64,000 nucleotides of DNA from Octopus vulgaris (Eukaryota). The position numbers were made by a program, and so were the translations under genes. The stretch lies in contig OX597814.1 of NCBI GenBank assembly GCA_951406725.2, positions 132,494,001 to 132,558,000 of the forward strand, written 5' to 3'. Positions 1 through 12,307 of this stretch are shown here, in pieces (position 1 is the first letter of the stretch; each line of letters begins with the position of its first letter). The notes beneath the pieces were generated by a model, which did not search any database, had not been told where the DNA came from, and saw only the letters and a program-made list of their open reading frames with translations.

Positions 1-629
1 TGATAACTGAGGATGGCTCAGTGTCCTTGTTTGTTGTACTATTTTTACGTTTTGTAGTATTCAATGTACGTTTGTGTGCGCGCGCCCGCGTGTGTGTGTG
101 TGTGAGTGTGTGTGTTATGGGGAAAATATTCTTGAGAAACAAAAACAGAATTCAGCGAAATGCTCCATGGAAAATATATCAACCAATATTAAACTTTCAA
201 CAGAAAGAAACAAGTAGGTATTTCTTTATAAAAAAATTACTAATATTTCTTAAAAGTATTTACTAAATCGCATTTTGTTGCCCTAATTAAAAATTTGTCA
301 CATTGAGTTTAAATGTATATAAATACTATGCTACGCACAACTATAGACCTTAAAATGAAAGAGACTGAATTCGGTCAAGAAATTGCCAGTAGATTGAGGT
401 CATTGCCAATAGTCAATCGCTAATATCAAATCACATTGAATATAATGAAAAATGTTTGCGGAAGAGTTATACAGTATATAGATTGAATGAAGCAAATCCT
501 ACTGTTTGCTTCAATGTTAGATAAACATTTTTTTATAATGATTGTCATTATATATATAGTCTTTTATATAAGGAGCAGAAGAGTGACGTGTGTTCATATG
601 AAGACTTGCACTATTCACCTTTGAGAGGG

Positions 630-950
630 CCGCTGCGTTTCAAGGCCAATATAAAGGGTGTTGTTTTTCAAAAGGATAATGAAAGACCGCATGTTTCCTT
701 GGGAATCACACAAAAATTGCCGCAATCGGCTGGGATGAGGTACACCACTCTCGATATTCACCAGATATTGCTCATTCGGATTTGCACTCATTCAGATCTC
801 TGCAGAAAAGACTTCATGGTTAAAACTTCAATACCTTGGCCTGAAACCACCTCAGTTCTGGGAGAGCGTATTTTCAAGCTAAAGGAAAGATTGAGAGGCA
901 TTGTGCAAGAAAATGGTTCATATTTGGTGGATTGAAAATGTAATGGCAAG
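630..950 (+). mobile_element. Decayed mariner transposase C-terminal fragment
   Basis: Translates to VVFQKDNERPH (HDNARPH-like). The paralogous copy gives HSRYSPDIAPSDLHSFRSLQ (YSPDLAPSD motif) in another frame. Frameshifted. Confidence 0.75.
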
Positions 951-1011
951 TATTTATTGAACTTTTATTCCTTTGAAAATCGGCACGTACTTTCTAGGCG
1001 TCCCAATATAA

Positions 1012-1046
<35 letters not shown>

Positions 1047-1134
1047 TGTATGTATGTATGTATGTATGTATGTATGTATGTATGTATGTATGTATGTATG
1101 TATGTATGTATGTATGTATGTATGTATATATATA

Positions 1135-1185
<51 letters not shown>

Positions 1186-1213
1186 TTGTATATATATATA
1201 TATTTGTATATTT

Positions 1214-1260
<47 letters not shown>

Positions 1261-1320
1261 TTATATATATGTGTATATGCGTTTCTGCATGCATATATAT
1301 ATATATATGTATATATACAA

Positions 1321-1324
1321 AGAG

Positions 1325-1405
<81 letters not shown>

Positions 1406-1470
1406 CAGATAGTTAGATTGAAAGAAAGATAGATAGATAGATAGATATATAGATATATAGATATATAGAT
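1321..1470. repeat. (GATA)n microsatellite upstream of the IL17 promoter, preceded by (TATG)n/(TA)n from about 1015
   Basis: Read directly. Homologous tracts at about 20370-20430 and 40620-40730, and LINE-interrupted at about 16193/18060 and 36401/38291. Confidence 0.95.
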
Positions 1471-1694
1471 ATGCAACAGAAATGATAAATTATATTAAAA
1501 ATAGATTCGGAAAGTTCTTAAGACAATATTTTACTATGCCTATGTTCCTGCGTATTAAGACAAATCACAATGAATCACACCCGCTCAACAGGTAAAAGAG
1601 GAAACAAATCGTATACCATGTCCTGGTTCCTTCAGGCGCTCTGCAATTTATATTGATCACAATATATTTAACTTAATATCTGATCTTTCACATT

Positions 1695-1812
1695 ACCGGA
1701 AGTAAATTTTTCCTTAAATTTGTTAGTTCCTCCCGTTTATATTTATAATTTTTTAGTTTTCATTAATCTTTGTGACATATGGTAATTCCACGGTAAAAAT
1801 ATTATATATAAG
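1695..1812 (+). promoter_or_regulatory. IL17 copy 1 promoter: ETS site, kB-like site, TATA box
   Basis: ACCGGAAGT at 1695-1703, GGTAATTCCA at 1781-1790 and TATATATAAG at 1803-1812, about 140 nt upstream of ATG 1946. Same motifs and order in all five copies. Confidence 0.6.
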
Positions 1813-1945
1813 TAATCCCAGAGGAGATGTTATCATCACATGCGAATATCATTTTGATAAACTCGCACGCTCAAGATTTATCTGTAAATACATACATATA
1901 TACTACGATTGTCATCCTTTCCATTCCAAGTGACCATACATTATA

Positions 1946-1960
1946 ATGAATTCCACCAAA
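1946..1960 (+). CDS. IL17: IL-17-like copy 1, coding exon 1 (MNSTK)
   Basis: ATG AAT TCC ACC AAA followed by the consensus donor GTAAGT at 1961. Phase 0 matches the acceptor cacgcag|GTT at 3307/3308. Conserved in all five copies. Confidence 0.85.
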
Positions 1961-2142
1961 GTAAGTAGACGAACCTTGTTAATATCAACTGTAATATTTA
2001 TATGTTCAGTCTTATGTCTATGCTTACTCTTCTATCATTCATAGGAATGAGTGAATCATATTGCTTATGTTCTTTACGCAGATTGGTACTATACATATGA
2101 TACGTATTTCTATGGCTGTGGTATATTGATCTAATTCTGTGC

Positions 2143-2178
<36 letters not shown>

Positions 2179-2544
2179 TCAATATATATATATATTTATA
2201 AATGGCACCGTTTTTTTCATAACTCTTTTAAACAAATTTAATTCTTTAATCTCACTTCTAATTTAACTAAAATTGCAGTTGGGTGTCCGAGAGCACATAT
2301 TTGGCAGGTGTTAAAGGAGAATTTGTGCAAAATATTTAAAGAACCTTAAAACAGAAGGATATGAAGCACATAAACTCTGTATTCATTCCCTCTCTTTTTA
2401 ATTATTTATTGGTTAAAGTAAATAACACCTTTGATCTTGAATGTCCAAGGTATTCTTCCAAGAAGATTCCTCATCTAAGTATCAAATCCGGCCAGTACAT
2501 AGAAGAATCCGATCTCCAGGCCATCGACAGTTTAATAGATGAAG

Positions 2545-2685
2545 GTAAATGCCGACACCGCTTAGCACCAGTGACAACATACCTCAATTACGCAGATTAG
2601 GGGAGTAGAGCAACGCGAAATAAAATGCTTTGGTTAAGAACACAAAACACAGCCCGGCACGAAATTCGATGCTCTAACCACTGAC
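2545..2685 (-). mobile_element. Decayed tRNA-derived SINE in the IL17 intron (antisense to the gene)
   Basis: Reverse complement matches 15116-15270 (ctcagtggttagagca...ccgtgccgggctgtgttttgtgttcttaa). Also present at about 21495-21618 and 41845-41983. Confidence 0.6.
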
Positions 2686-3307
2686 ACATGTGCCATCAAA
2701 ATTATCTGTTAAAAAGTAGCATAAACTCCGTTCATAGAGCTTTAGAAAGGTATGCAATCATTCTTCGAAATATATTTTCATTGCAAACGATGCTTATGGA
2801 CGGATTTGAAGTCACGGATCGACTCAAAGGAAGTTAAATTACTCTCCACATTCCAATAAACATTTCCTTTTTTAGCCCTCTTATACATACATATGTACAT
2901 ATATGTATATATATATATATTATTTCTTACTTTATTTTTGTAATTTTTATTTTTGTAGCTTTTATTTTTTAACTTTTTATTTTAATTTTTATTTGAATTA
3001 TGGCTTGTACTGTACGGTCCAGAGGACCTAATTTCGACATACCTATTTTACACGTACTTAAGTGTTTTAAAAAATTCAAATATAGTTTATAGTATTAAAC
3101 GATGATAAAGTGATATAAGGGCCTAATGATTGGGTGAGTGAAAAAGTCAGTCAGTCATTCAGTCAGTAGGACAGTCAGTCAGTAAGTGAATGAGTTGGTG
3201 TGAGCGATAGACGTAGTTTATAATACTTGATTTCGTTTATTCATTTAGCTGTGTGTCATATTGAACTGTAATTACTCATTTTCACATTTACATTTTATAT
3301 CACGCAG

Positions 3308-3838
3308 GTTCTGCTCAGAGTTGTGATCTTCCTTCTCACCAACGTCGTATTCTTCATATCCTCGGCGTCAATTCCGACTCAATGTAATATACCAAATGAC
3401 TTGAATATTCGGTACGAGAAACTCTACAACGCAGCGATCGGCAATAACTTTTTTCTACCAGCTGAAATATCTCCAGCGGGAAGTGACCAACAAGCACTGA
3501 CCGTAGGGGATAAAACTTGTCCAACATCTTCCATATCTACTGATGTCATTCGCGAGCGTTCAACCTGCCCATGGTACCTGAAAATTACCCACAATTCCAC
3601 ATATTTTCCTCCATCACGCACAGAAGTTGTGTGTCGTTGTACAGACTGTCTGGACTCTGACAGTAACCATCAATGTGTGGTGCTTTATATTCCAATGACT
3701 GTCCTGAAACGTACAGCTGAATGTGTTGATGGACTATACGTTTATAAACCAAGTGTCATCGAGGTTCCTACAGCCTGTGTGTGTGCACGGAAAGTCGATG
3801 TAATATCTGGAGGAAATGACGATGAAAATGAGTCGTAA
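3308..3838 (+). CDS. IL17: IL-17-like copy 1, exon 2 (gene join 1946..1960,3308..3838; 181 aa secreted cystine-knot cytokine)
   Basis: Acceptor ttttatatcacgcag|GTT. Hydrophobic signal peptide VLLRVVIFLLTNVVFFISSA. IL-17 motifs RERSTCPWY, CRCTDC, HQC..Y.P..VLKR...C and ACVC. Ten Cys in the mature region and an NST sequon. Confidence 0.92.
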   Translation, partial: VLLRVVIFLLTNVVFFISSASIPTQCNIPNDLNIRYEKLYNAAIGNNFFLPAEISPAGSDQQALTVGDKTCPTSSISTDVIRERSTCPWYLKITHNSTYFPPSRTEVVCRCTDCLDSDSNHQCVVLYIPMTVLKRTAECVDGLYVYKPSVIEVPTACVCARKVDVISGGNDDENES

Positions 3839-3912
3839 TATCGGCCAACATCATCAAACATTTAAATGTGTGTAACACAAAAGTTTTTCATAATGTTATG
3901 GAAGTTTAAGTA

Positions 3913-3927
3913 AACTACTGTGTGGTT
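3913..3927 (+). promoter_or_regulatory. 3' UTR stem-loop with UGU triloop (Roquin/Regnase-1 CDE-like)
   Basis: AACTAC-TGT-GTGGTT (one G:U pair). The other four copies have a perfect AACCAC-TGT-GTGGTT at 12219-12233(-), 22623-22637, 32378-32392(-) and 43275-43289. Confidence 0.45.
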
Positions 3928-5979
3928 GTTATAAGAAACATATACGAAACATGCACACACACACACACACAGACACAAATTATACAAGCGTATATATTTA
4001 AATAGGTGCTCTTACGCTATTTCTTTCTTTCGCTGTCATTCGCTCTCTCGCTCTCTCTTTGTGTTTATGGATACACACAACACACACACACAAACACAGA
4101 CACAAAATCACTCACATACACACATATACATACAATTATAAATATATAAGCGTATATAGAAATATGCATATATTTACATGCATTCATTTAAAAAATACAA
4201 TCATACATACATTAACCAAAAAGGGATCTCTAAGTGAAATATAGTTCTTGCTATTTTGTTTTTCTATAGTGTAAAAATGGAGGGAACTCCTTTCTTGCCT
4301 ACTATCATATTTAACTCAATTAACATTTCCTTTTTTTAACCTAAACCCATATCAGGATTCTTTATATATAAATATTTGAAACCGATAAATTGTGTTGAAT
4401 GAATTTACATATACGTTACATGTTCCTAACAATAAATACTTCGATATTCATGGTTTACTCATTATAAGTATCAACAATGCATATAAATACGGAACTGCAT
4501 ACACATGAAAGTGCACATGTTATCTTACTTTGCTGGCATTCTGATAATAATGGTAATAAGTCTGGTAATAATGAACAATATTTTTTCCATTTGAGTAACA
4601 TTTCAAAAATATAGGAAGAATATTCATAAATTTTACATGCAATAACTTGAGGGAGTGCATATCTGACTGTCATTTTGTTTTATATTTAATTACATAAATG
4701 AGAGGTAGAATTACAGCCGTTTCATAAATTTCTTCATGTATTAATTTCACTATGCAACGATTTATACTTACATGCTTTCGTTCATATCATTGCTCATCCT
4801 TTTACAAAACAATTTTATATTCACAAATTGATTGAAATAAAGCTAGCGTCCTTGCATATTTGACATGACACTACGTTGTAATTGATGATCATGTGAACAG
4901 ATAGAGATTACTGTGATAGCCGCAAGATTCTCTGAAACCACATCCATATCATATAGTTACTTAAACATTAGTACTCAGTCCCCCAGAAAATTAACACACA
5001 TAATAAAGTTTATGTAATATTTACATAAATATTTAATTCTAACTAATACATAACTTTGAAACAAAATATATATAAGCATTTTTGCATATATTTAAACATA
5101 AATTCATATATGTATGTTAGCAAATGTAGGCTAATGTTTGTGTGTATGTTTATTTGCAGGCAAACATGCACCTTCACACACACGCGCGCGAGCACACACT
5201 CACACACACACATACACACACATATATATATATACGTCATAACAACTGAATAAAAATTTTTTTGAAGATAACCTATTTAATTTTTCTATGTATATATTTA
5301 CAATTATATTTATCATCCGTCGAATGATTATAAAACTGTTTAAATATATTTTTCTCTTGCTTTTCCATAATGCAAAACCTAAGACATATATATGTTAATT
5401 TGTATCATATATTTATTGTATTGTAAACAATTGGATTCTAATATCAATAAAAAGTTTATTTCAATACATAATGTGTCCTTTGCTATGTTCATATTTTCAT
5501 TCTCTGACTTGAATAAAACCTGTTAACCTCCACTCACTGACTGCATTAGTCGCTGAACATGAATGAATACACTATACCCTAAAAATATGCAGTTAAATTT
5601 ACTGAAGCAGTTTTCCTGCTACACTCTGGAAGGAAAAGCCCTGCAATCGTATGAAATTTCAGGCACTTCACAATCGGTCGAACATCAGGCTAAAATCGGA
5701 ATACACTAACCCAGAAGGTAATACACTAATTGCACCAAATCCTGAACTACTTACCTCTTTTACACATAATCTTTTTGACTCAGGGACTAGTAGACCAGAC
5801 ACCGTTTAGTATTCGGTATGTATTCAAAGCAATGATTAGTAATTTTCGACACCGCTATGCTTTTGAATCTCTTTAACAATTCACAATAATGACTTTTGAT
5901 CATTTAATTCCTACCTCAGTTCATCTAATTGCATATATCTATCGTTAATTTTCATTACAACTCATTCTTCTTATTTCCC

Positions 5980-6056
<77 letters not shown>

Positions 6057-6249
6057 ACTTGAACGGTTTCACATTTTCAATAAAATATTACCAAAAGTAA
6101 AATATAAAACTTTGTATAAGCTTTGTTGTGTTAAAAAATTGTTATCATAGTTATATTTAAATACAGTTATACAGTCTTTGATAATGATGCGAAAATGTTA
6201 AGATGGTCTTTATGTTTAAACAGTTTACATTAAATGGGTAAATCCCACG

Positions 6250-7692
6250 TCAGTACCCTCTTTGATAGGGTGTATATCTTCAGTACTGAATTAAGAATGG
6301 AGTGAAGTATGTTCGTCTTGATGAGACTAACACATCTGTGTATGGACGAGCTAGAAATACCATCGGGGGAGGTTATGAAGCAAATAGAAGACACGGGCTC
6401 TAAGTACTTGGGGATATTGGAAATGGATAAATTGGTGGAGGAACAAATGACCGGACAATTTAAGGTGGAGTACTTGCACAGACTAAGTCAAAATTAAGAA
6501 GTTGAAATAAGATTGAAAGTGTAAACACCTGGGCGGTTTCAGTCCTTAGAGATGGAACGGGCTTAATCGCATAAACAGTCGACGAACTAAACAGCTTAGA
6601 CAGAAACACAAATAAGTTGCTGATTAGATATGGGTTACTCCACCCAAAAAGTGACACCAGCTGACTGTATGTACCACGAGAAAGAGCGGAAGTGGGCTGA
6701 TTGAATACGAAGACAGAATTAGAGCAGAAAAAATCATTATAGCATTGTATGCAAAAAATGCCACAGAACCGCTATTATTGGAAGTAGGAAGGTTATGCTT
6801 GTTCAGGATGGAAAATTGCAAAGATAAAGCACTGTTCAAGCACTTGAGAATGAATGAAACTGAAAATTAGGGGCTAAAGAAGAATGCATGGACAATTTGA
6901 TAGGGTGTTGAATATAAATCAGGCAGAAAAAATGAAGATGGTTATGGATCACTAAATTCGATTTAAACCCGGAAACGGTGATTTTAATTTGTGCTGCCCG
7001 AGAGCAAGCATGAAATACCAATTACATCAAATATAGAATAGACAACACATCAGAAATTGATAAGTGCAGCATTTTTGTACAAAATGGTGAAACCGTATCA
7101 CATATTACCTGTCAATGTACGCCATTAACGCAAGGATTGTTCGTTGGACACTTTGCAACAAGTATTCACTTGATAGAGTAAAAAAAGTGATACAAACATA
7201 CATCTGAAGGCATCATGGAAAATGATAATGCAAAGATTCTATGGTATTTTACAATTCGGTGTGACTATAATACAGAGAATAGAAAACCAGACATAGTGTT
7301 AATTGAGAAAGAGGGTAAACGAAGCTGGATCATGTTCAGCTGACAACAAGGCATGCGATAAGGAAGAAAGAAAAGTCGATAGATATGACAGATTAGCTTG
7401 GGAGATTAAACTGTTGTCGTTGTGGTCGCTGAAAAATGTGGTAGGAGCACCAATAATTGTCGGAAAGCTGGGAACAATGAGTAAAAATCTTGAGTAGTAC
7501 ATAGAACATATAGAGGCTGCAATAATAGTGGAGCACATGCAGAAATCAGCTCTGCTCGTAAGAGCTTGAATAATCTTGATGGTACTCGAAAAATAACGGT
7601 TGTTTCCTTAGTTCACTGTAGTTAACAGCCAAAACTGTGGTACGTCTCCAGCGTTCCAGGCTGTGCAACGACAATGTAATAATAATAATAAA
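6250..7692 (+). mobile_element. Decayed non-LTR retrotransposon 3' half with restriction-like endonuclease (R4/Dong-like)
   Basis: RT thumb motif KYLGILE, a CCHC-like region (DKC..QNGETV.HI..C), ENDNAKILWYF...ENRKPDIV (RLE PD motif), and a terminal (TAA)n at about 7678-7692. Many stops and frameshifts. Confidence 0.72.
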
Positions 7693-8247
7693 TGCCTCAC
7701 AGACCCGCCCGAGAATATGGGAAACACTGTTATTAATATAGAAAATCACGAATGCAAACAATTTAGTTGATGTGAATATATTTTGTGTAAATGTGTATGC
7801 ACACACACACACACACATACACACATACACACGCCCATAAATACATATATATATGTGACTGTGCCAGTGCACGTTGTGCATCCTGAAAGTTCCGTCTTTT
7901 TTGTGTTCACGGATTGGACGCTTCGTTGAGCATGTCACTCCAATTCGCGTCTGACGAAACGGCCTAGCATTCCCGCAGAAGTCATATCCTCAATTTTCGC
8001 GGGTTAAATGTCAGTGGATCGAGTGCATGTTTACTCACGCGTAGATATAACATCTAAAATATTAGTGACGACTATCTAGTCTTTTGTGAGTTACAGCTAT
8101 GGTTTTCTAAATAGATTTGAACGTACACACTTATGTAATCAAGTATGTATTTATAAGGGTATCACATGGCATCAAAAATGAATAATTCCAGTAATTGATA
8201 TTGACTATAGCTTTTCTCGTGTAACAAGGTTGCAGCTATGATTTACG

Positions 8248-8281
<34 letters not shown>

Positions 8282-8399
8282 TGTATGTATGTATGTATGT
8301 ATGTATGTATGTATGTATGTATTTATGTATGTGTGTGATTGCGGCGCATGTGTATGTATATGTGCGTGTGTGTGCGAGACTGTGCACGCGTCTTTATGT

Positions 8400-8608
8400 C
8401 TTTGGCCCTCAACACCGGTTGACAAACGGTGATGTTATGTTTACATTCAGCAACTTAACACTGCCGCAAAATGTTCGTTGGGATAAGTGCCAAGTTTGAA
8501 AAACGGACTGGTGTTAATTCAATAACCTAAAAATTCTTGAATGCGGTGTCACTGGCCGCAATCTCATGACCGAAAAAAGTAAGTACTTAGATACACATAT
8601 ATTTTGTG

Positions 8609-8671
<63 letters not shown>

Positions 8672-9320
8672 GTGTGTGTGTGTGCCTATAATTCCTTATT
8701 CATTAATTCTTTTACTTTATTCAGTCCCTAGACAGCGGCCATCCTGGAGCACCAGCTTGGAGGCTTTTAGTTAAAAATATCGAGCCGAGAACTTATCTTC
8801 TAAGTCTAGTAACTATTCAAACCTTCTCTTTTGCCGGAACGCTACCTTACAATTATTGCAACACGCGAACATATGCTTCTGGATCGGTCATGTGGATGAT
8901 AAACACATACACAATAACAAACGCACACACACACATGCACATGAACATGCACGTGGTCGTGCACAGACATAAGCACGCGCGCACATACACACTCATATTC
9001 GACGGGCTTCTTTCCGTTTCCGTCTACCAAATCCACTCACAAGTCTTTGGTCAGCCCGTGGCTATGGTAAAACACACTTGTCAAGTCAGAATAAACCCAG
9101 AACCATGCGCTTGGGAAGCAAGATTCTTTTCTGCTTTAGGCAGAAGGACCGAAATTTTGGGAGAGGAAGCCAATCGATTAGATCGACCCCAGATTGCAAC
9201 TGGAACTTAATTTATTGAGACCGAAAGGATAAAAGGCAAAGTCGCCCTCGGTGGAATCTGAACTCACAACTTAAAGATATTTCTCCCGGCGTGATAACGT
9301 TTCTGCCCGTTCGCCGCCTT
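8400..9320. mobile_element. Cluster of SINE fragments in mixed orientation
   Basis: 8480-8590 (+) and 8705-8760 (-) resemble the ggcggtgctccagcatggccgcagtc SINE tail. 9000-9120 is the reverse of the SINE at 51452. 9130-9320 has the gaaaggataaaaggcaaagtcg..ctcggtggaatctgaactc signature of a minus-strand tRNA-SINE. Confidence 0.55.
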
Positions 9321-12307
9321 CTGCAGGGCTTCTTACCACAGAGCCATGGCACATACAAAAACTTTTATTATATGTTATGCTGATCTGTTATAGGGGTGAT
9401 AATAAAAAGTACTCCCACGAGCGTGAGGAAAATATCGTTTAATAAGTACCATTCTTCTGACATTGCGAAAGTCGGACGATCTTGTATTGCATCTTGTATA
9501 TCATCATGTTTACCGTTCAAGAGGAAACGCAATGTGACTTGTCTGAGAAATTGCAAGAAAGAACGGGAGAAACATAGTATCGAGAGAAATATATATAATA
9601 AAACGATTTGAAAGCATGGAGGGATGGTAGATAAGAGTTGTGTCCCTTCGATTAGGAATTATAGCTTGGTGGGGTGGATTTGACAGTGAAATATTTGAAG
9701 CTGTGTTAAAAACTGTATCATATTTAAAAGGTACAGCTCATTGGAGTAGCCACTCTACATGGTTCAGTGGAAATACGGCTTGAAGTTCGTCGGTATGCAA
9801 TTAATTTGATATGAAAATAAGAATGTTTATTACGATTGAGTTATGCGCTATCAATATAGCTTCTGTACTCTCCACCGAGTCCAGTCTTCACATGCATAAG
9901 TTGACAGGCTGTAGCTCACAGCAAGATTCGAAGTTGTCGGCTACATACACAATGGTTTGGACGGCCTATGAAGTCTTGCTCGAGGTGTGACCAGTGTTAT
10001 ATGCAGACATTTTCGTGGTTCACTAAGTTTACCTTCCATATAGGAATTGGCTTACAAAAGATTTGCTTACTTTGTTTGCGGGAAAAATTTAGGTCCTGGA
10101 ACTAAACATTATTTGGCGTGTTTCATGGGATTCTTTGGTGCTTATTTCAGTTCCCAAATTTCCATGTTGTCAAATAACGTCATATTCTGAATTCATTATT
10201 TTGTAGTTAGCAGGTAATTACGGCATTATTCCTTAACATACTTAGGCAAAATGATTTGTAAAATGTGGATTTTGAGATTTTTCATTGGTTATTAGCCTTC
10301 CTGAAGTATTATCGTAACACGTTAGGCAAATTGAAAACTATTTTTCGTATATTTCTTCGATTCTTGTCTCAGTTCGTTCGTATCAGAGGTGAATATATAG
10401 TGTGTCGTATTAGCGAGGTAATACCACGAAATTTATACCTGGACTAAATGTTTCATAGGCACAAAGACGAGGTCAATCTGTAAAACGGTCATAGTCTTAT
10501 CTCGAAAGGGCTTTTCCTTCCAGTGTGTAGCAGGAAAACTAAATTTAACGGCATATTTTGGGGTTTTGTGTATTTATTCGTGTTCAGCTGCCAATGGAGT
10601 CAGTGAGTGGAGATTTACAATTTTTATTCAAGTCAGAGAATGAAAATATGGAAATAAGAAAGGACACGTTATGTATTGAAAAACATTTTTTATTGATATT
10701 AGAATACAGTTTTTTACAATAAAATAGATATATGATGCAAATTAACATATATGTCTTAAGGTTTGCGTTATGGAAAAGCAAAAGAAAATTATATTTAAAC
10801 AGTTTTGCAAACATTCTACGGATGATAAATATAATTGTAATTATATACATAGATAAAAATTAAATAATATATCTTTAGGAAAATATTCATTCAGTTAGAA
10901 TGACATATATATATATGTATATATGTGTGTGTGTGCGTGTGCGCGCGCGTGTGTGTGCGTTTGTGTGCGTGTGTGTGTGAAGGAGCATGTGTGCCTGCAA
11001 ATACACACACGCACAAACAGACACTCACGCCTACATTTGCTAGCATACATGTATACAAGTTATGTTAAAATATATACAAAAATACTTATATATATTGTGT
11101 TTCAAAGTTACGTATCAGTTAGAATTAAATATTTATGTAAATATTACATAAACGTTATTATTAGTGAGAATGTACTGGTAGACTGAGTACTAGTGTTTAA
11201 GTAACTATATGATATGGATATTGATACAGATAATATTGCGGCTATCACAGTAATCTCTATCAGGTAACGATCATCAATTGCAACGTAGTGTCATGTCCAA
11301 TATCGGCGGATGCTCGCTTTCTTTATTGGAATTAATTTGTGAATATAAAATTGTTTTGTAAAAGATGAGCAATGATATGAACGAAAACATGTAAATATAA
11401 ATCGTTGTATAGTTAAATTAATACATGAAAAAATTTATGAAACTGCTGTAATTCTACCTCTCATTTATGTAATTAAATATAAAACAAAATGACAGTCAGA
11501 TATGCACTCCCTCAAGTTAATGCACTTAACATTTATGAATATTCTTCCTGTGTTTTTGAAATGTTACTCAAATGGAATGAAAGATTGTTCATTACTTCCA
11601 GAATTATTACAATTATTATCAGAATGCCAGCAAAGTAAGATAACATGTGCACTTTCATGTGTGTGCAGGTCTCTATATTTATATGCAATGTTGATATTTA
11701 TAATGAGGATTAAACCTTGAATATCGAAGTATTTCACGTTAGGAACATGTAGCGTATATGTAAATGCATTCAACACAATTTATATAAAGTATCTTGATAT
11801 TGGTTTAGGTTAAAAAAAAAGTGAAATGTTAATAATGACTTAAATATGATAGTAAGCAACATAATTTAAATTTGATAGTAAGCAAAATAGAAAGACTAAA
11901 TAATTTGTAAGAAATATGTCTCATTTACGAAACAGCTGTTACGAAACAAAACTGTTTTTTGCTAATGAATACATGTATTAATGCATTTATAAATGTATGC
12001 TTATATACGTCTAATTATATGCATATTTCTTTAGAAATGTATAAATTTATATTTATATGTATATGTGCGTGTGTATGTGTGTGTGTGTTGTGTCTATGTA
12101 TAAACACAGATAGAGAATGAATGACAGAAAGAAGGAAATGGTGAGAGAGAACGCATCTTAATATGTTCGCTTGTATGATTTTTCTGTGTGTGCATCTTTC
12201 GTATGTGTTTCTTATAACAACCACACAGTGGTTTACTTAAACTTCCATAACATTATGAAAACCATTTGTGTTACACACATTTGAATGTTTGATGATGTTG
12301 ACCGATA

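Noticed and set aside
957-1476. Many ORFs of YI/MYVC/HT/LSIY repeats here and at about 14500, 18500, 20000, 28900, 34800, 40200 and 62500
   Set aside because: Translations of (TA)n, (TATG)n, (CA)n, (GATA)n and (GAAA)n microsatellites, which lack stops; not genes.
3424-3621. Recurrent antisense ORF MRDGGKYVELWV... opposite every IL17 exon
   Set aside because: Shadow of the conserved IL17 coding strand, with no independent features.
7945-7990. ctgacgaaac as a hammerhead core
   Set aside because: No stem II followed by GAAA and no cleavage triplet geometry could be built.
11502-11776. Recurrent ~70-aa ORFs in the IL17 3' flank (..LLSECQQSKITCALSCV.. and ..THESAHVILLCWHSDNN..)
   Set aside because: They recur only because the flank is duplicated. 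Starts, ends and frames differ among copies, and there are no motifs or splice signals.
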